From NCBI RefSeq assembly GCF_001194135.2, contig NC_068987.1:5936841-6000840 (forward strand): DNA of 64,000 bases. Direction: 5' to 3'. Shown here piece after piece: positions 24,500 to 37,455 of the stretch. The translations under genes and the position numbers were made by a program. A model generated the notes under the pieces. That model saw only the letters and a list, made by a program, of their open reading frames with translations, searched no databases and had not been told where the DNA came from. Positions within the stretch are counted from its first letter, which is position 1. Every line of letters starts with the position of its first letter. The stretch is from Octopus bimaculoides. Its lineage: Eukaryota.

Positions 24500-24780
24500 A
24501 AATTAACAAAACACTTCAGTTATAACTGGAATAAGTTAGATGGTTGAAAGGTACACGTATGAAATTGTATGAATTCTTAAAACAGAATAGCATTCGTATG
24601 CATAATTTAATAGCAGTTCAGTGCTTTATACATAGAATTCAGAAATCGTCTCGAAGTCAAGTGGTTTTACTTGATTCAAGATTTGATAAGATAGTTACAG
24701 TAATTGCAATGACTAATGGATACTTTTGTTCCGGAATTCTAATGTACGCACAGGTTATCTTACGATATTCTCCGATATAA
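24500..24780 (+). pseudogene. Decayed hAT (Charlie/Buster-like) transposase remnant
   Basis: FSYNWNKLDG*, then GTRMKLYEFLKQNSIRMHNLIAVQCFIHR, resembling the hAT DW.KL...DGA.AM.G...L.....HC.IH segment. Confidence 0.4.
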
Positions 24781-26372
24781 AATATTCTGTGGTAAATTAA
24801 ATAGATATAACATAGGATCTTTTGCAAGAATACTTTTGATTAAGTGAAACAATGATTAACCAAAATCAATATGGCCTCGGATAATGGTATCTGGGCGAGA
24901 GAGGCTTCGTTTCTCATGGAGTTAGGTTCAAGTCAATGCACAGCAAGAAACCGAACTTCATTTCCACAATGAGCAAAGTTTTTGAGTTGTATAAGATTAG
25001 AAAATTTATCAAGAGCCATGTTACGAGATATTTCATTCTAAATCTGTTTCACGCAAACAAGTTACTATGGTTATTATGATATTTGGTTGCACAGCACTGT
25101 CGGCAGTTCATTAAACAGTCTTAAAGGCTGTTTACAAGTGTTACGCAAACTCTGAAGATTTGATAGTGCACTGTCATTATAAAGATTTTCTTTGAATATC
25201 GGATGTTAGAGAAATACGTGTAAGATCATATAACTAAACACATTATCAATAAGCTCTTGTCAATTACTTTTTCTATAGTTTCTCTGTAATCATTCTAGCT
25301 ATGAAAACCCGAGAAAGGAAACTTGCATCATAATAAGAGAATTCGTTGTTTCTTTCTGTTATGTATATGAATGCACATGGAATTCTTAATTCTGGTTATT
25401 TTTAGGCAATTGAATTTTAAAGCACACACCGTACATATATATGCATATATACATACATACACACGCATATACAAATATATTACCCATTCTCATATATGAG
25501 GAGTTTATAACTTCAACAAGTAAATATTATATTTTGAATATGATAGACCTAGCGCCTGTCACTCGATAGAGGAAGCGATGTAATATAGTGTAATATAAAC
25601 ATATCTGCTCAACGTAAATGGCATTAAATATTGCTAGTGTATATATAATGTGGGCATTAATAGGAACACCGATAGTATTTTTAAGTACAAAGAATCCATA
25701 ATGTGGACATGAGGATGGACGTGAAGATTTTGGTATGCATCTTGTTTGTGCTGTCCATCCAGTGTGAAACGAACCTCAAGTAATTAGTTTGAATAACGCT
25801 AAGATTAGATTCAACTGTAACACTAATCCACGAGTGTTCAGTTATCGTAATGGCGCCTCCTTCATGCTAAACAGAATATGGCAAACATTGACAAACGAAA
25901 TAGTTAGAATGGTCGTTAATATAAATTGAAGTAGACAGAAGAGCATATCTAACAAATAAATTTCGTTTTTTTCTTCTGTTTGCTTCTACAACGAGTCTGT
26001 CTCAATGAATCATATCCTCAACATAATTCAATATTGCGTTCTAAGAGCATATCAATGCTCAAACCGGCCTTCCTTCCGTCATGTCAACATTTATTTAAGC
26101 ATAAAAGATACAAAGATCTGAAATTAAAAACTTTGCAAAGTCTGGTAACTGAGACGTTAGTCGGCTATTTTGGAGTTTATTTATAGCATAAAAACCACAT
26201 ATTGAATTCTGTTAATAGAAAGTATATGGAGATTCTTACATCCTTGTCGTGACATATAAGATAAGCCTAAGTTCGTTCATGTCTACAAACCTACACTGAC
26301 AAATAAACACACACATATGTGTGTGTATATATGTGTATATATATATATATGTATATATATTTATATATATGC

Positions 26373-26419
<47 letters not shown>

Positions 26420-26447
26420 CATGTATGTATGTATGTATGTATGTGTG

Positions 26448-26481
<34 letters not shown>

Positions 26482-26629
26482 TACACGCATACACACGAGA
26501 AAGCTCATAAAGGCAAAACAAGGTGGAAAATAGAGTACTCGAATACCGGAGGTGGAGTAATACGACTTTTTTTTTAATTTGCAGCTTTAATTAAAAAAAA
26601 GTCTATATATATATATATATATATATATA

Positions 26630-26673
<44 letters not shown>

Positions 26674-28807
26674 CGTGTATGTACGAATAGGAAAGCATTA
26701 AATATTTTGTACATATTAAGGCGGTGCTCCAGCATGGCCGCACTCAAATGACTGAAACAAGTAAAAGAATATGGATGCAACATTTATTTTCATAGACGCC
26801 TTCGTGTAATGGCGTATACGTCATTGTCTCGATTGAACTCACTTCTCACGTTACTGCGTGTACGAGGAGGAAATCTGTATGTGGTGATCCAGACAAGTTT
26901 TCCTAATTCGCATATTTTTTATTTAAAATTGAAGAATATACTGGACACAATACTGGCAAGATACTCATAGAACAGATTTGGCTAAAGATCAATTCGATCT
27001 AAGTTAATATGGCTATATATAGCAAAATGTATTTATATCATTGCAGCCAAATTTTAAATATTTTCTCATCTTGACACATGCGCAGTTCATGCCTGATCTA
27101 TCGTCTGTAAGTTCTCCATATTGTTCAGTGAATAACAAAACCTCATTTAGTGTCCTCGTACATTATTTCTTTAAAGTTTACTTAAGATCGATACATTCCA
27201 GTATTGAATAAAAATTCTATTGTATATTTTACACAAAGAAAATGAATATGAGCAGCCGGTAGATCTCGAACTATTCTCTTTTTTATTTCAACGTATCATT
27301 TGTAATGAACACTTCTACATTAGATTTTGCACACAATTTGCTAAGTTAGAAATTAAAAAAAAAATATATAATTATAAATCGAAGCAACTTCTAAGTATTT
27401 CTTTCAAATATTTTCTACAACCGATATTATATCTTCAGCGGCTGTTTCTAACTCATTACTCATCATTGCGCTTGAGCGAATGCATAATCAAAAACTTACC
27501 ACTTTCTCGACCTCGATAACATTTACTTTGCGCTTCGATGACAGCCAACTGAAAACTTCATTCTGAAATATATTAATGCAGCTCGAATTCCATCTATATT
27601 TTAAATGATTATTTTAACATTTCCTGGTTATTTATATTTCCTTCTTGCATTTCTTCCTTCTTATCTTCCTTTGTTTCATTATCATTCATATTTCGTTATA
27701 TTAAAAAAAAATCATTTAATATTATTTTCTGTTTCTCGTTGTTGCTGATAATGTATTTTTTTTTATCACAGTCTTACGTTTCTTTATATTTATATACTTA
27801 TTTTGTTTCCACAAGACTTTATTTATTTCATATTTCTTGTACTCCTTTCTCTCTTTGTATCATTATTTTCACATTCCTTCTGCTTTCCAATCTATTATTT
27901 TATTTTATCTTTCTTTACTGCAGTCAACCTTAATTTTCATCTTTCCATTATTTCGTCTCTTTTCTATCCAAACGTTTTCTTTTCAGCTTTATCACTTCGT
28001 TTTATTTTATCTTTATTCCTGTATTTTTATTTTTATTTTCTTTATATTTCTATTATCCCATCCCTTGTTTCTTCCCAATTTATCTCAAATTTATATTGCT
28101 TTTTGACTCTTTATTTCGTTCTTTCTTTCTTTCTTTCTTTCTTTCTTTCAATCTAATGATTTTTCATTCTAGAATTAGATTCCTTGCTAATCTAATACTC
28201 GATGCTCCAAGACGTGAGCAAGTCTATTACATCTTACTACATACTTTCCTGAAGCAATTACAAAATGATGTATATTTTATGAGGATATATGCCTGTATTC
28301 ATATGGGTATAATTATCTATACATAATAATGACCGCTATAAAGGCTAGTTGGCTGGTTTGTTAGTTGGTTGGTTGGTTGGTTGATTTCGCCAGATACGCT
28401 TTAGATCGTGTGCATTTATATATATATATATATATATNNNNNNNNNNNNNNNNNNNNNNNNNNNNNNNNNNNNNNNNNNNNNNNNNNNNNNNNNNNNNNN
28501 NNNNNNNNNNNNNNNNNNNNNNNNNNNNNNNNNNNNNNNNNNNNNNNNNNNNNNNNNNNNNNNNNNNNNNNNNNNNNNNNNNNNNNNNNNNNNNNNNNNN
28601 NNNNNNNNNNNNNNNNNNNNNNNNNNNNNNNNNNNNNNNNNNNNNNNNNNNNNNNNNNNNNNNNNNNNNNNNNNNNNNNNNNNNNNNNNNNNNNNNNNNN
28701 NNNNNNNNNNNNNNNNNNNNNNNNNNNNNNNNNNNNNNNNNNNNNNNNNNNNNNNNNNNNNNNNNNNNNNNNNNNNNNNNNNNNNNNNNNNNNNATATAT
28801 ATATATA

Positions 28808-29020
28808 TACTTTTACTTGTTTCAGTCATTTGACTGCGGCCATGCTGGAGCACCGCCTTTAGTCGAGAGAATCGACCCCAGGACTTATTCTTTGTAAGCC
28901 TAGTACTTATTCTATCGGTCTCTTTTTGCCGAACCGCTAATTTACAGGGACGTAAACACACCAGCATCGGTTGTCAAGCGATGGTGGGGGACAAACACAG
29001 ACACACAAACACACATACAT
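28808..29020 (-). mobile_element. SINE family 2 3' module
   Basis: Matches the TTACTTGTTTCAGTCATTTGACTGCGGCCATGCTGGAGCACCGCC...GGTTGTCAAGCGATGGTGGGG family pattern. Confidence 0.9.
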
Positions 29021-29037
29021 TTTGAGCCTTCGAAAAA

Positions 29038-29184
29038 TATCTTTATAGTTATGTTTTAGGTGCCTTCAGGCTTGTGGTCGTACAAATTTTTTGTTCTGTC
29101 AAGTCCATATTTGTTACAAAGTGTCCAATGGACAATCCTGGTTATATTGTCAAAACGTCTCTTATATTCGTTCTGGGCTAGTTG
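29038..29184 (-). mobile_element. R4/Dong-like non-LTR retrotransposon fragment abutting (TAA)n
   Basis: Translation QLAQNEYKRRFDNITRIVHWTLCNKYGLDRTKNLYDHKPEGT* matches the LAQ.EYKRRHD.VA..VHW.LC.KYGL......Y.H.PE segment preceding the restriction-like endonuclease. Confidence 0.8.
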
Positions 29185-29185
29185 C

Positions 29186-29209
29186 GTATTATTGTTATTA
29201 TCATTATTG

Positions 29210-29258
<49 letters not shown>

Positions 29259-29273
29259 GATTATTATTATTAT
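29186..29273. repeat. (TTA)n microsatellite
   Basis: Direct inspection. Confidence 0.95.
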
Positions 29274-30233
29274 TTTCTGTAATTTAGTTCATTCTGCACA
29301 ATTTTTGCTTATCGGTTTTGTAATTTTACCTCTTTTCAGACATACAACAAAAGTAGAAAAACAAGAAGACAAAAAAAAAAAAAAAAAAACGAACGAATTT
29401 ATCTGACAACGCAATATTTTTCTGGCTAAAACTTCAATGCGCACAACCTCATATAAAGTCTTAGCACGACTTGTTAAACAATTTACCACCTCACAACAAT
29501 CCGCTTTAAAACCTTTAGTGCAAATAATAAATAAGGCATCGATTTTCAATTAAGACTATCCTGTGCACAGGAATACTGGCTAAAGTCCCGTTCAGAAAAA
29601 AGTGGAGTAAAAACCAGGTTTCATCAGTCATGATGACAAAACATTAAACATTCATATCACTGATTAGGCAAACACTCTGGCCTTATTCATCAGAACGAGG
29701 ATGCACTACTTCCGTCTCTCATTGTTTTTTCTATTAGTTGTACTTTAAATCTAATAATCTCTCTTTTCTATCTCCCACTTAAACCGTTCACCGTTGCTGC
29801 ACCACTTCTTTCTCTTTCAGTATGTCGTTAATTTGTCATTGCATAGTTTCTTCGTTTATTTCGCTTTCATTTTAATTTGCTTCTAGTTTTCTGTCATTTA
29901 CGACTTTCTTATATATTTTATCTGTGTATTTCACATTCATATTTTTTTTATTTCCGTTACACTCTCGTTCTCTCAATCTCTCACTTCTCCTTCTCCTTAT
30001 CCGTATTTCCCTGTTTTTCCCCCTGTCTTTCTTTCTTCATTATTTTCTCTTTAGCCTCTCTTACCCTCCCTTTTCCATTTATTATCCTCTTTACTCCCTC
30101 TATTTCAACTACACCCTCCAATTTCTCTCTCTTTATCTTAGCTTCTGTCCTTCACTCTTGGTTTCTCTTCCCTCAATTCTGCCTCATTAAAAAAAAATTA
30201 TATCACCCACTTTACATTATTTTTCTACCATTA

Positions 30234-30445
30234 GGGCGTTGAGCTGGCAGAATCGTTAGCACGCCGGGCGAAATGCTTAGCTGTATTTCGTCTGCCGTTA
30301 CATTCTGGGTTCAAACTCCACCGAGGTCGACTTTGCCTTTCATCCTTTCGGGGTCGATTAAATAAGTACCAGTTACGCACTGGGTCGATGTCATCGACTT
30401 ACTCCCTCCACCCAAATTTCAAGCCTTGTGAGTAGAGTAGAAAGG
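30234..30445 (+). mobile_element. SINE family 1 copy
   Basis: Near-consensus head, Deu-like box and tail A. Confidence 0.9.
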
Positions 30446-30454
30446 ATTTTGGCA

Positions 30455-31052
30455 TGAGGTCAGCAATACTGGGGAGGAGTAAAGTCGATTACATCGACCC
30501 CAAAATTCAACTGGTACTTATTTTATCGATCCCGAAAGGGATTATAGTCAAACCAACATTCGCGGAATTTGAATTCAGTATTTTATCTGACGGCCAAACG
30601 ATTCTGTCAGCTCTTCGCACTACAGATGTGTATTAATGGTTTGAAATGATTGCACAACACCAGCAATTAGGGGATGGGTTAAGTCGATTACATTCACTCC
30701 ACTACTTGATTCGTACTTCTTTCATCGACCCCGAAAGGATGTAAGGAAAAGTCGACCATGCACGTAGAACCGGAAGAAATGACGCTAAGCATTTTGTCTG
30801 GCGTGGTAACAGTCCTGCCATTTCGCTGCCCCCTCATGGTATAAAATGGTTTCAAATTTTGGCGCAAAGCCAGCAATTTTGGCTAAGAGGTTAAGTCGAA
30901 TACATCGACACAGTGTTCAGTTGGTATTTATTTCATCAGCCCCGAAAGGATGAAAGGCAAAATCGACCACGACGAAATTTGAACTCAGAACGTAAAGACG
31001 GACGAAATACCGCTAAGCATTTCGCCCGGTGTGCAGACGCTTCTGCCAGCGC
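30455..31052 (-). mobile_element. Three tandem diverged SINE family 1 copies
   Basis: Three successive reverse-complement GTCGATTACATCGAC...CCCGAAAGG boxes (about 30455-30620, 30655-30835, 30850-31052). Confidence 0.8.
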
Positions 31053-31704
31053 GTCAACTTCACGATATACAGAGTGGTGCAAAAGCAAGTATACAGTTAT
31101 GAAAAAAGAAAACACGTACAATACTCATTTATTTTAATCAAAAATATTAAAAGCTACGATAAAAGTATTATTATGATTAATGAAACTGAAAATATCAAAA
31201 ATGAGGCTAATTTAAAGTGCTAATAATGTTAACGAATTAAGTAATTATAACATTGATGTGATATTTACTGTATACGTACTTTTTCACACACACACACACC
31301 CTGTATATTAATAACTGCATCTATATCATCTATTTCTACTTCAATCCCCCTTCAGCTTCGTATTCACACATTCTAATCCTTCCTCTTCATGTTCGTATCA
31401 GTTTATTTTCCCATTTATCCATTTTTCGTTATTCGCCCCTCAGTCGTTAGCCAGATCGTAGTAGCTGAAATTAGCAAACTGTGACTTACTCCAGCAAATG
31501 TCTGCATCGAAGATATAATAATTGAACTGACACAGTCTTTATAAATCCATTGAGTTAGCAACATGAAAACTAATGAACAAAAATGAAGGAAGTAATTCTT
31601 GAAAGAGATGCGGATGAGATTCTTTAAACTTATTGTCGACTTCAACTAATTGCTCTCTGTAAAGTGACACAGTAATTGTTCAATGGCAAGGAAATATCCA
31701 CTTC

Positions 31705-31942
31705 ATGCGGCGAGCTAGCGGAATCATTAGCACGCCGGGCGAAATGCTTAGCGGTATTTCGTCTACCGTTACGTTCTGAGTTCAAATTCCACCGAGGTCG
31801 ACTTTGCTTTTCATACTTTCGGGGTCGAAAAATTAAGTACCAGTTACGCACTGGTGTCGATGTAATCGACTTAATCCCTTTGTTTGTCCTTGTTTGTTCC
31901 CTCTATGTTTAGCCCCTTGTGGGCAATAAAGAAATAAGAAAT
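31705..31942 (+). mobile_element. Full-length SINE family 1 (tail B) with 17-bp TSD
   Basis: AAGGAAATATCCACTTC at 31688-31704 and 31943-31959. Confidence 0.95.
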
Positions 31943-32381
31943 AAGGAAATATCCACTTCTAGTAATCGCCCGGTGTCCAAAAGTTTGGGTAAAGTGCATT
32001 ACCAAACGTCATCAATAAATGATCCACCAAGTGTAGAAAAAGTTTGCTGGTAACTAAGTCACTCTCAATTACAGAAATATCAATATTGGGCAGGTTTCCA
32101 GCTGAAATATAGCTAAATGGAGGTGATGAAGTCATCACCATGTCTACAAAATATTGCCGGAATAATTTGAGGGCGATTGTGTCCCTGAGGAGTGTGGTAG
32201 CCTTATTTCTGTAATGAAATGAATACGTAAAGTTTTGAAGGTGATATTTTTCTGCATTCGATAGGAGAAAGAGATTTTCTCAACAAACTGATTGTGTTTT
32301 AACTGCCCTCCGCCGGTTTCGATGATGAGTGCTCCAGTTGATCCCATCAACGGAATTGCCTGTTCGTGGAATTAACAGACA

Positions 32382-32668
32382 CGGTGGTTCCCAAACCTTC
32401 TCCGGATGCTGCCCCCTTGGCACCAAGGCCATAATCATAGGGCCCCCTACTCACCTTCACGAACATAGGCCACTTTCTGAAGCAAATTCAATATAACCGT
32501 ATTTGACAAATAAAACCTCACCTAATAAACCCATTATTTTGTTGTTTACACATCCATCACTCCATTTTTGGCCACCCCGTTATCGCTTCACTTTTTCTTC
32601 AACGCCCCTTCCCCACTGGATCTTTCCATCACCCCCATGGGTCAGTACCGCTCACTTTGGGAACCGAG
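32382..32668. mobile_element. hAT (MER5/Charlie-like) MITE remnant
   Basis: Imperfect TIRs CGGTGGTTCCCAAAC ... CTTTGGGAACCGAG; no 8-bp TSD recognised. Confidence 0.5.
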
Positions 32669-33082
32669 GGTTTAAAGTTACAGGGAGCATGAAATAAGAC
32701 TATGAGCTAGAATCAATGGTATTCTCAAGCCGGCTGTAGATCAAGAGGTACGAGCTCTGGGAAAAGGGATGCTACCGGGAGTAGTTTGAAGTGGACATAA
32801 AGTGGGGCTTGATCAACTCTGGTTGTGTTACCTGATTGAAGGTATCTCATGTTGAAAGGCCCAAAACACTTAATAACACCAGGAAACATCACGGATGATG
32901 AGTCCAGGTGCAATACCGGATGATGTGTGCAAAATCTCACCTAATATGTGGAAGATTCTTCAGGAAGCATTCTGTAAATCAGTTGTGTGTGTGTCTGCGA
33001 GTACGCGTGTGTGCTTGCGCGCACGTGCTTGTGAATGAGTGTATGTGTGTTTACGTGTGCGTGTGTGTTTACGTGTGAGTGC

Positions 33083-33115
<33 letters not shown>

Positions 33116-33938
33116 TGTATGTATGTATGTATGTATGAATGTATGTGTGAATGTATATATAGAGACGTAACGTTTAAGATGCCACATCTCACGGCTAAAG
33201 CCAAGAACACATTTGTTGGTGTGAAAAATGTTGCCTTCTCTCTCATAACGAAGTGGCCACATGCACCATAGCGGACACTTATGACAGTGCAACAAGAGGA
33301 TCAAACACGATTTACTACCACAAATGCTGCCGCTACTACTACTACTACTACTACTACTACTAAGTGGTCAGTGTAGTGGAAATAGGTGGCGTTGGTGGTG
33401 ATGGTGGTGGTGGTGGTGGTGGTGGTTGCTGCTGTAAATTATGTGATGTTGTAGGTACGTGAAGGATTGCTAAACCTACTTTCTCACATATCTCATGCTA
33501 TTTAAATATTTGAAGAATATTTCCTGACTAAATGGAAATGAATTGAATTAAAATCAACCGAAGACTGCGTCATCTAATATTTACTTGCAACGCAGCTCCG
33601 TAAACATATCCTTCCTCCTCATTTCTGGCTGTTAGTTTGTATGAATACACTTGTATGAGTATGTATACTTACTATTGACCAGTGTGTGTACATTTGTAGT
33701 TGTGTGCATGTTTACAAGTAATATGTTTGTTGACAAGTGTGTATATGTTTGTATTTCTGTGTATTTATAGACGTAAGAGGAAGTCCAAAGGTGTATGTGC
33801 AGTTAAATCTTTATTTGTATTTGATTATTCCAATGTGTATGTATGAGTGTGCGAGAATGTGTTTATAGGTATGTACGAGTGGGGTTAATTATATGTGTTT
33901 ATTATGTTGCGACTAAAAGTCTCGGTGAAGTGGCTCTG

Positions 33939-34126
33939 TCAATCGTCTCCACACTCTCGATTCATGGTGGAAACATTTAAATCACCCCAACAGATGTCGA
34001 CAACTTTGTTAGACAAGTCAATAAACACTCCAAATAATTTCCTTTTCTTAATAATCCGCGAGTGCAGATAATTCAGTTGATAAGCTATCGGACGACCGGC
34101 CAAACTATTATACATCACCGGTTCAT
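33939..34126 (-). pseudogene. Possible decayed LINE (apurinic endonuclease-like) fragment, later interrupted by a SINE
   Basis: ORF text ...LAGRP...GVFIDLSNKVVDICWGDLNV resembles the YRPP...GDFN region of APE domains; weak. Confidence 0.25.
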
Positions 34127-34138
34127 ATACATTCACCG

Positions 34139-34527
34139 TGGAGGCGCAATGGCCCAGTGGTTAGGGCAGCGGACTCGCGGTCATAGGATCGCAGTTTCGA
34201 TTACCAGACCGGGCGTTGGGAGTGTTTATTGAGCGAAAACACCTAAAGTTACACGAGGCTCCGGCAGGGGATGGTGGCGAGCCCTGCTGTACTCTTCTAC
34301 CACAACTTTCTCTCACTCATACTTCCTGTTTCTGTTGTACTTGTAATTCAAAGGGTCAGCCTTGTCACACTGTGTCACGCTGAATATCCCCGGGAACTAC
34401 GTTAAGGGTACCCGTGCCTGTGGAGTGCTCAGCCACTTGCACGTTAATTTCACGAGCAGGCTGTTCCGTTGATCGGATGAACTGGGACCCTCGACGTCGT
34501 AAGCGACCGAGTGCCAACAACAACAGC
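34139..34527 (+). mobile_element. Full-length SINE family 3 (tRNA-like head, RTE-like tail, (AAC)n end) with 12-bp TSD
   Basis: Head TGGCCCAGTGGTTAGGGCAGCGG...GTTTCGATT; TSD ATACATTCACCG at 34127-34138 and 34528-34539. Confidence 0.95.
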
Positions 34528-34576
34528 ATACATTCACCGATAAGGCTTAAGGCTCGTTATCCCTGTCTAAGGTATT

Positions 34577-34797
34577 TACGACGAGGTGCTGAAAAGTTCC
34601 TGGCTTTGGGTAAAAGAAAATACAGGAGGATCAGTTAATTATGGTTCTCTTCAGCATGTCCTCACTTCACGTTCACATACATATCGTAGCAGTCCTTCAG
34701 TTTTTCTAAACCCTGTAAAAGAACTCGGAATGTTAGACATCCAGCCAGGACTTTCGCGAGACTCTTAACGCCAGGAAATTTTCAGCACCCCCTCGTA
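34577..34797. mobile_element. Mariner-type MITE
   Basis: About 28-bp TIRs TACGACGAGGTGCTGAAAAGTTCCTGGC / GCCAGGAAATTTTCAGCACCCCCTCGTA with terminal TA. Confidence 0.85.
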
Positions 34798-35023
34798 CTA
34801 AACAGTAACACAGATGAATGCTTTGTTGTTTTGCACGGCTGAGTTCGTGTTAGTAACTCATGGGATTTATCAAAAGCAATGGGATACCACACCAATGTAT
34901 CTTCATGATGAATTATACTAAAAAGGAACAGTTCAGGTGGTTAATTAAACACATTTATAGTGCACGAAACCCTCTTCTCCAACACCATGGGGATTTACAT
35001 TTGTGCATAAAGTGAAGTATATG

Positions 35024-35209
35024 TACGAGGGAGTGCTGAAAAGTCCCTGGCTTTGGGTAAAAGAGATACAGGAGGATCAGTTAATTGTGATTTTATTCAA
35101 CATATTCTCCTCTCAGATTCACACACTTATTGTAACACTCCTTCAGTTTTTCCAGCCAGGCCTTTTACGACACCCTTAGGGCCAAGACCTTTTCAGGGCC
35201 TCCCTCGTA
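35024..35209. mobile_element. Mariner-type MITE, second related copy
   Basis: TIRs TACGAGGGAGTGCTGAAAAGTCCCTGGC / GCCAAGACCTTTTCAGGGCCTCCCTCGTA; internal sequence homologous to 34577-34797. Confidence 0.85.
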
Positions 35210-35213
35210 TATA

Positions 35214-35345
35214 TTCTTTTCTACTCTAGGTACAAGACCCGAAATTTTGGGGGAGCAGTCGATTAGATCGACTCCAGTACGCAACTGGTACCTAATTTAT
35301 CGAACCCGAAAGGATGAAAGGCAAAGTCGAACTCGGCAGAATTTG
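35214..35345 (-). mobile_element. SINE family 1 3' fragment
   Basis: Tail A plus Deu-like box, truncated at a (GT)n run. Confidence 0.8.
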
Positions 35346-35389
35346 TGTGTGTTTGTGTGTGTGTGCAAGGATAGCACATGTGTGCGCGC

Positions 35390-35425
<36 letters not shown>

Positions 35426-36411
35426 TTGGACTTAGTATCGTTTGGTATCATTTGCCGGTATCGTTTGGTTTTAAGACGATTAAGCATATTGTAAGTAAAA
35501 GAGAGAATACATCAAATCTAAATAAATTAAATGAAATTAATGTTTAATGATATCAATCTATAAGTTCGCATATTCCTACATATATATACACATATATATA
35601 CACATATATATACACATATATATACACATACACGTGCAGCTACATATGCTCGCGCGCGCAAGTATCGCAGTTGTGCTGGTTTGGCAAATTGAACTACGAG
35701 ATCGTTCCTGGCAGCGAAATTATAATAAACTTATCTTGGAAAATTGATGTTAGTCATTTAAAGCAACACAACAAAGATCCGTTACATTAATCTTTGTCGA
35801 CTTTGAAAGGAAATGTCACCTGTAAAATGAAGCACTTGAAATTTTACACGATATAATAGTGTTTAGAAATAAATGAAGATGATTAAGAACAGGTTTCATA
35901 TGTTCTTAAATACTTAACATAATTCTTCCACAATACAGTTTTATATATATACATGCATATCCATATGCGTCTCCCGATCTATCTACATATCCGTTTATCT
36001 ATACACACAAGCGCTTAAATACACGCTCATGCTTTATCTCTCTCACACGCACAATATATACACGTGTATAGAATACACGTTTATATAGTTATACCGCACA
36101 TTACATAAACAGCTGTATATTCATTTATTTCTTTACTTGGGGAAGCCATTCGTTTGAGGACTTGTAAGCGCATCGCCAGTTGCTTCATGTTGTTTAATTT
36201 GTTGTCGTTATGTTTAAGTATAAATCTCTAAGGACAGCGTAATCTGAGGACACGTACCGAAAGTGATAAAATTATCTTTCTACTTGTTCTACAATACATT
36301 TCCACGCTTCGAAAAAAAACTTGTTTGCTTACATACGGCGTAACCTATACGACATCTAGCGTTCCTGGATGATTCTATAACTTCTTAAATTGCAGAATAA
36401 TTTGGCGGTCA

Positions 36412-36485
36412 GGCGGTTTAGCTTAAATGGTAAAGCATTCCAACCGGATATTAGAAAGATGTGAGTTCGATTATCATGGCTGGTT
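36412..36485 (+). pseudogene. tRNA-like pseudogene or solo SINE head
   Basis: A-box TAGCTTAAATGGTAAAGC with a GCTT/AAGC D-stem and GAGTTCGATT T-loop; acceptor stem and anticodon loop are degenerate. Confidence 0.5.
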
Positions 36486-36534
36486 GCAGACAAGCCTTTC
36501 TGCTTTAAAAAGAAAAAAAAAAGAGGATTTTATT

Positions 36535-36570
<36 letters not shown>

Positions 36571-37395
36571 CATCTCTTTCGGAAGTGATATATTATTCTC
36601 CAGATCGCATGTGTCATCAAGGAGATAATGAATTTGACTCACTTGGAACTACCATATCATATTCTGACCCTGATCCGAACCTCAAGACGTAAGCAAGCAT
36701 TTACAATAACGATATATTGATAATATACTTTATTAATTATTCATGCAATTTGATGTTATATAATAATGTCATCGCATATTATTCTCATAAACAACGATAA
36801 GATCCACCGATATTAATATATTATTTTAGGTCACAGGCTAACCTTTAATTTCTTTTATAATAATGACCAAACCTACCTATAAATTCACGTAGTTCAATAC
36901 CATTGAATATTGAAAGTAGCCCCTTGTGGATTCGTGCCAACCCATGAAAAGCTAAGCAGGATGTCTAACGGATAATAGATAACAAAATACCCGAGATAAA
37001 AATGCGTGAACAATAATTGTTGACAAATACCCTGGAGAAATTGCGTTAAATGGTTCTCTGAACTTTGTTAGTCTCTAAATATCATTGATATTTCATTTGT
37101 ATATTAGTATTTAGAACCAGTTAGGAAAATAGTGGAATAACAAATAGCTGAGTTGATAATGTGTTAACCGTCGTCTTCATAGGTCAACGACACTTACTAA
37201 CTTTCTTGGAGGGCAGAGTGAAGGAAGAAGCTCATAGGCGTCTGCTCCATGTTGCACAAAGAGTTAAGTGAGGGCTGTGATATGTACAAAGTGAGCCATA
37301 GAATCTTTATTTGTTGTTTAGAATGGCACACATAGTGAAGAATCTATTATCTGAATGAATAATTCTGATCAGAGAAGGTAGAAGAGACAAACGTG

Positions 37396-37455
<60 letters not shown>

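Noticed and set aside
29615-29700. Two CTGATGA motifs on the minus strand suggesting another hammerhead
   Set aside because: No correctly placed GAAA box with stems I and II could be formed; the same applies to CTGATGAG near 4920.
32725-32940. Minus-strand ORF vaguely like a CR1/Jockey C-terminus
   Set aside because: Only a few scattered residues match; too weak to call without a search.
36412-36485. Functional tRNA gene
   Set aside because: Acceptor stem is mispaired and the anticodon loop lacks U33; recorded only as a tRNA-like remnant.
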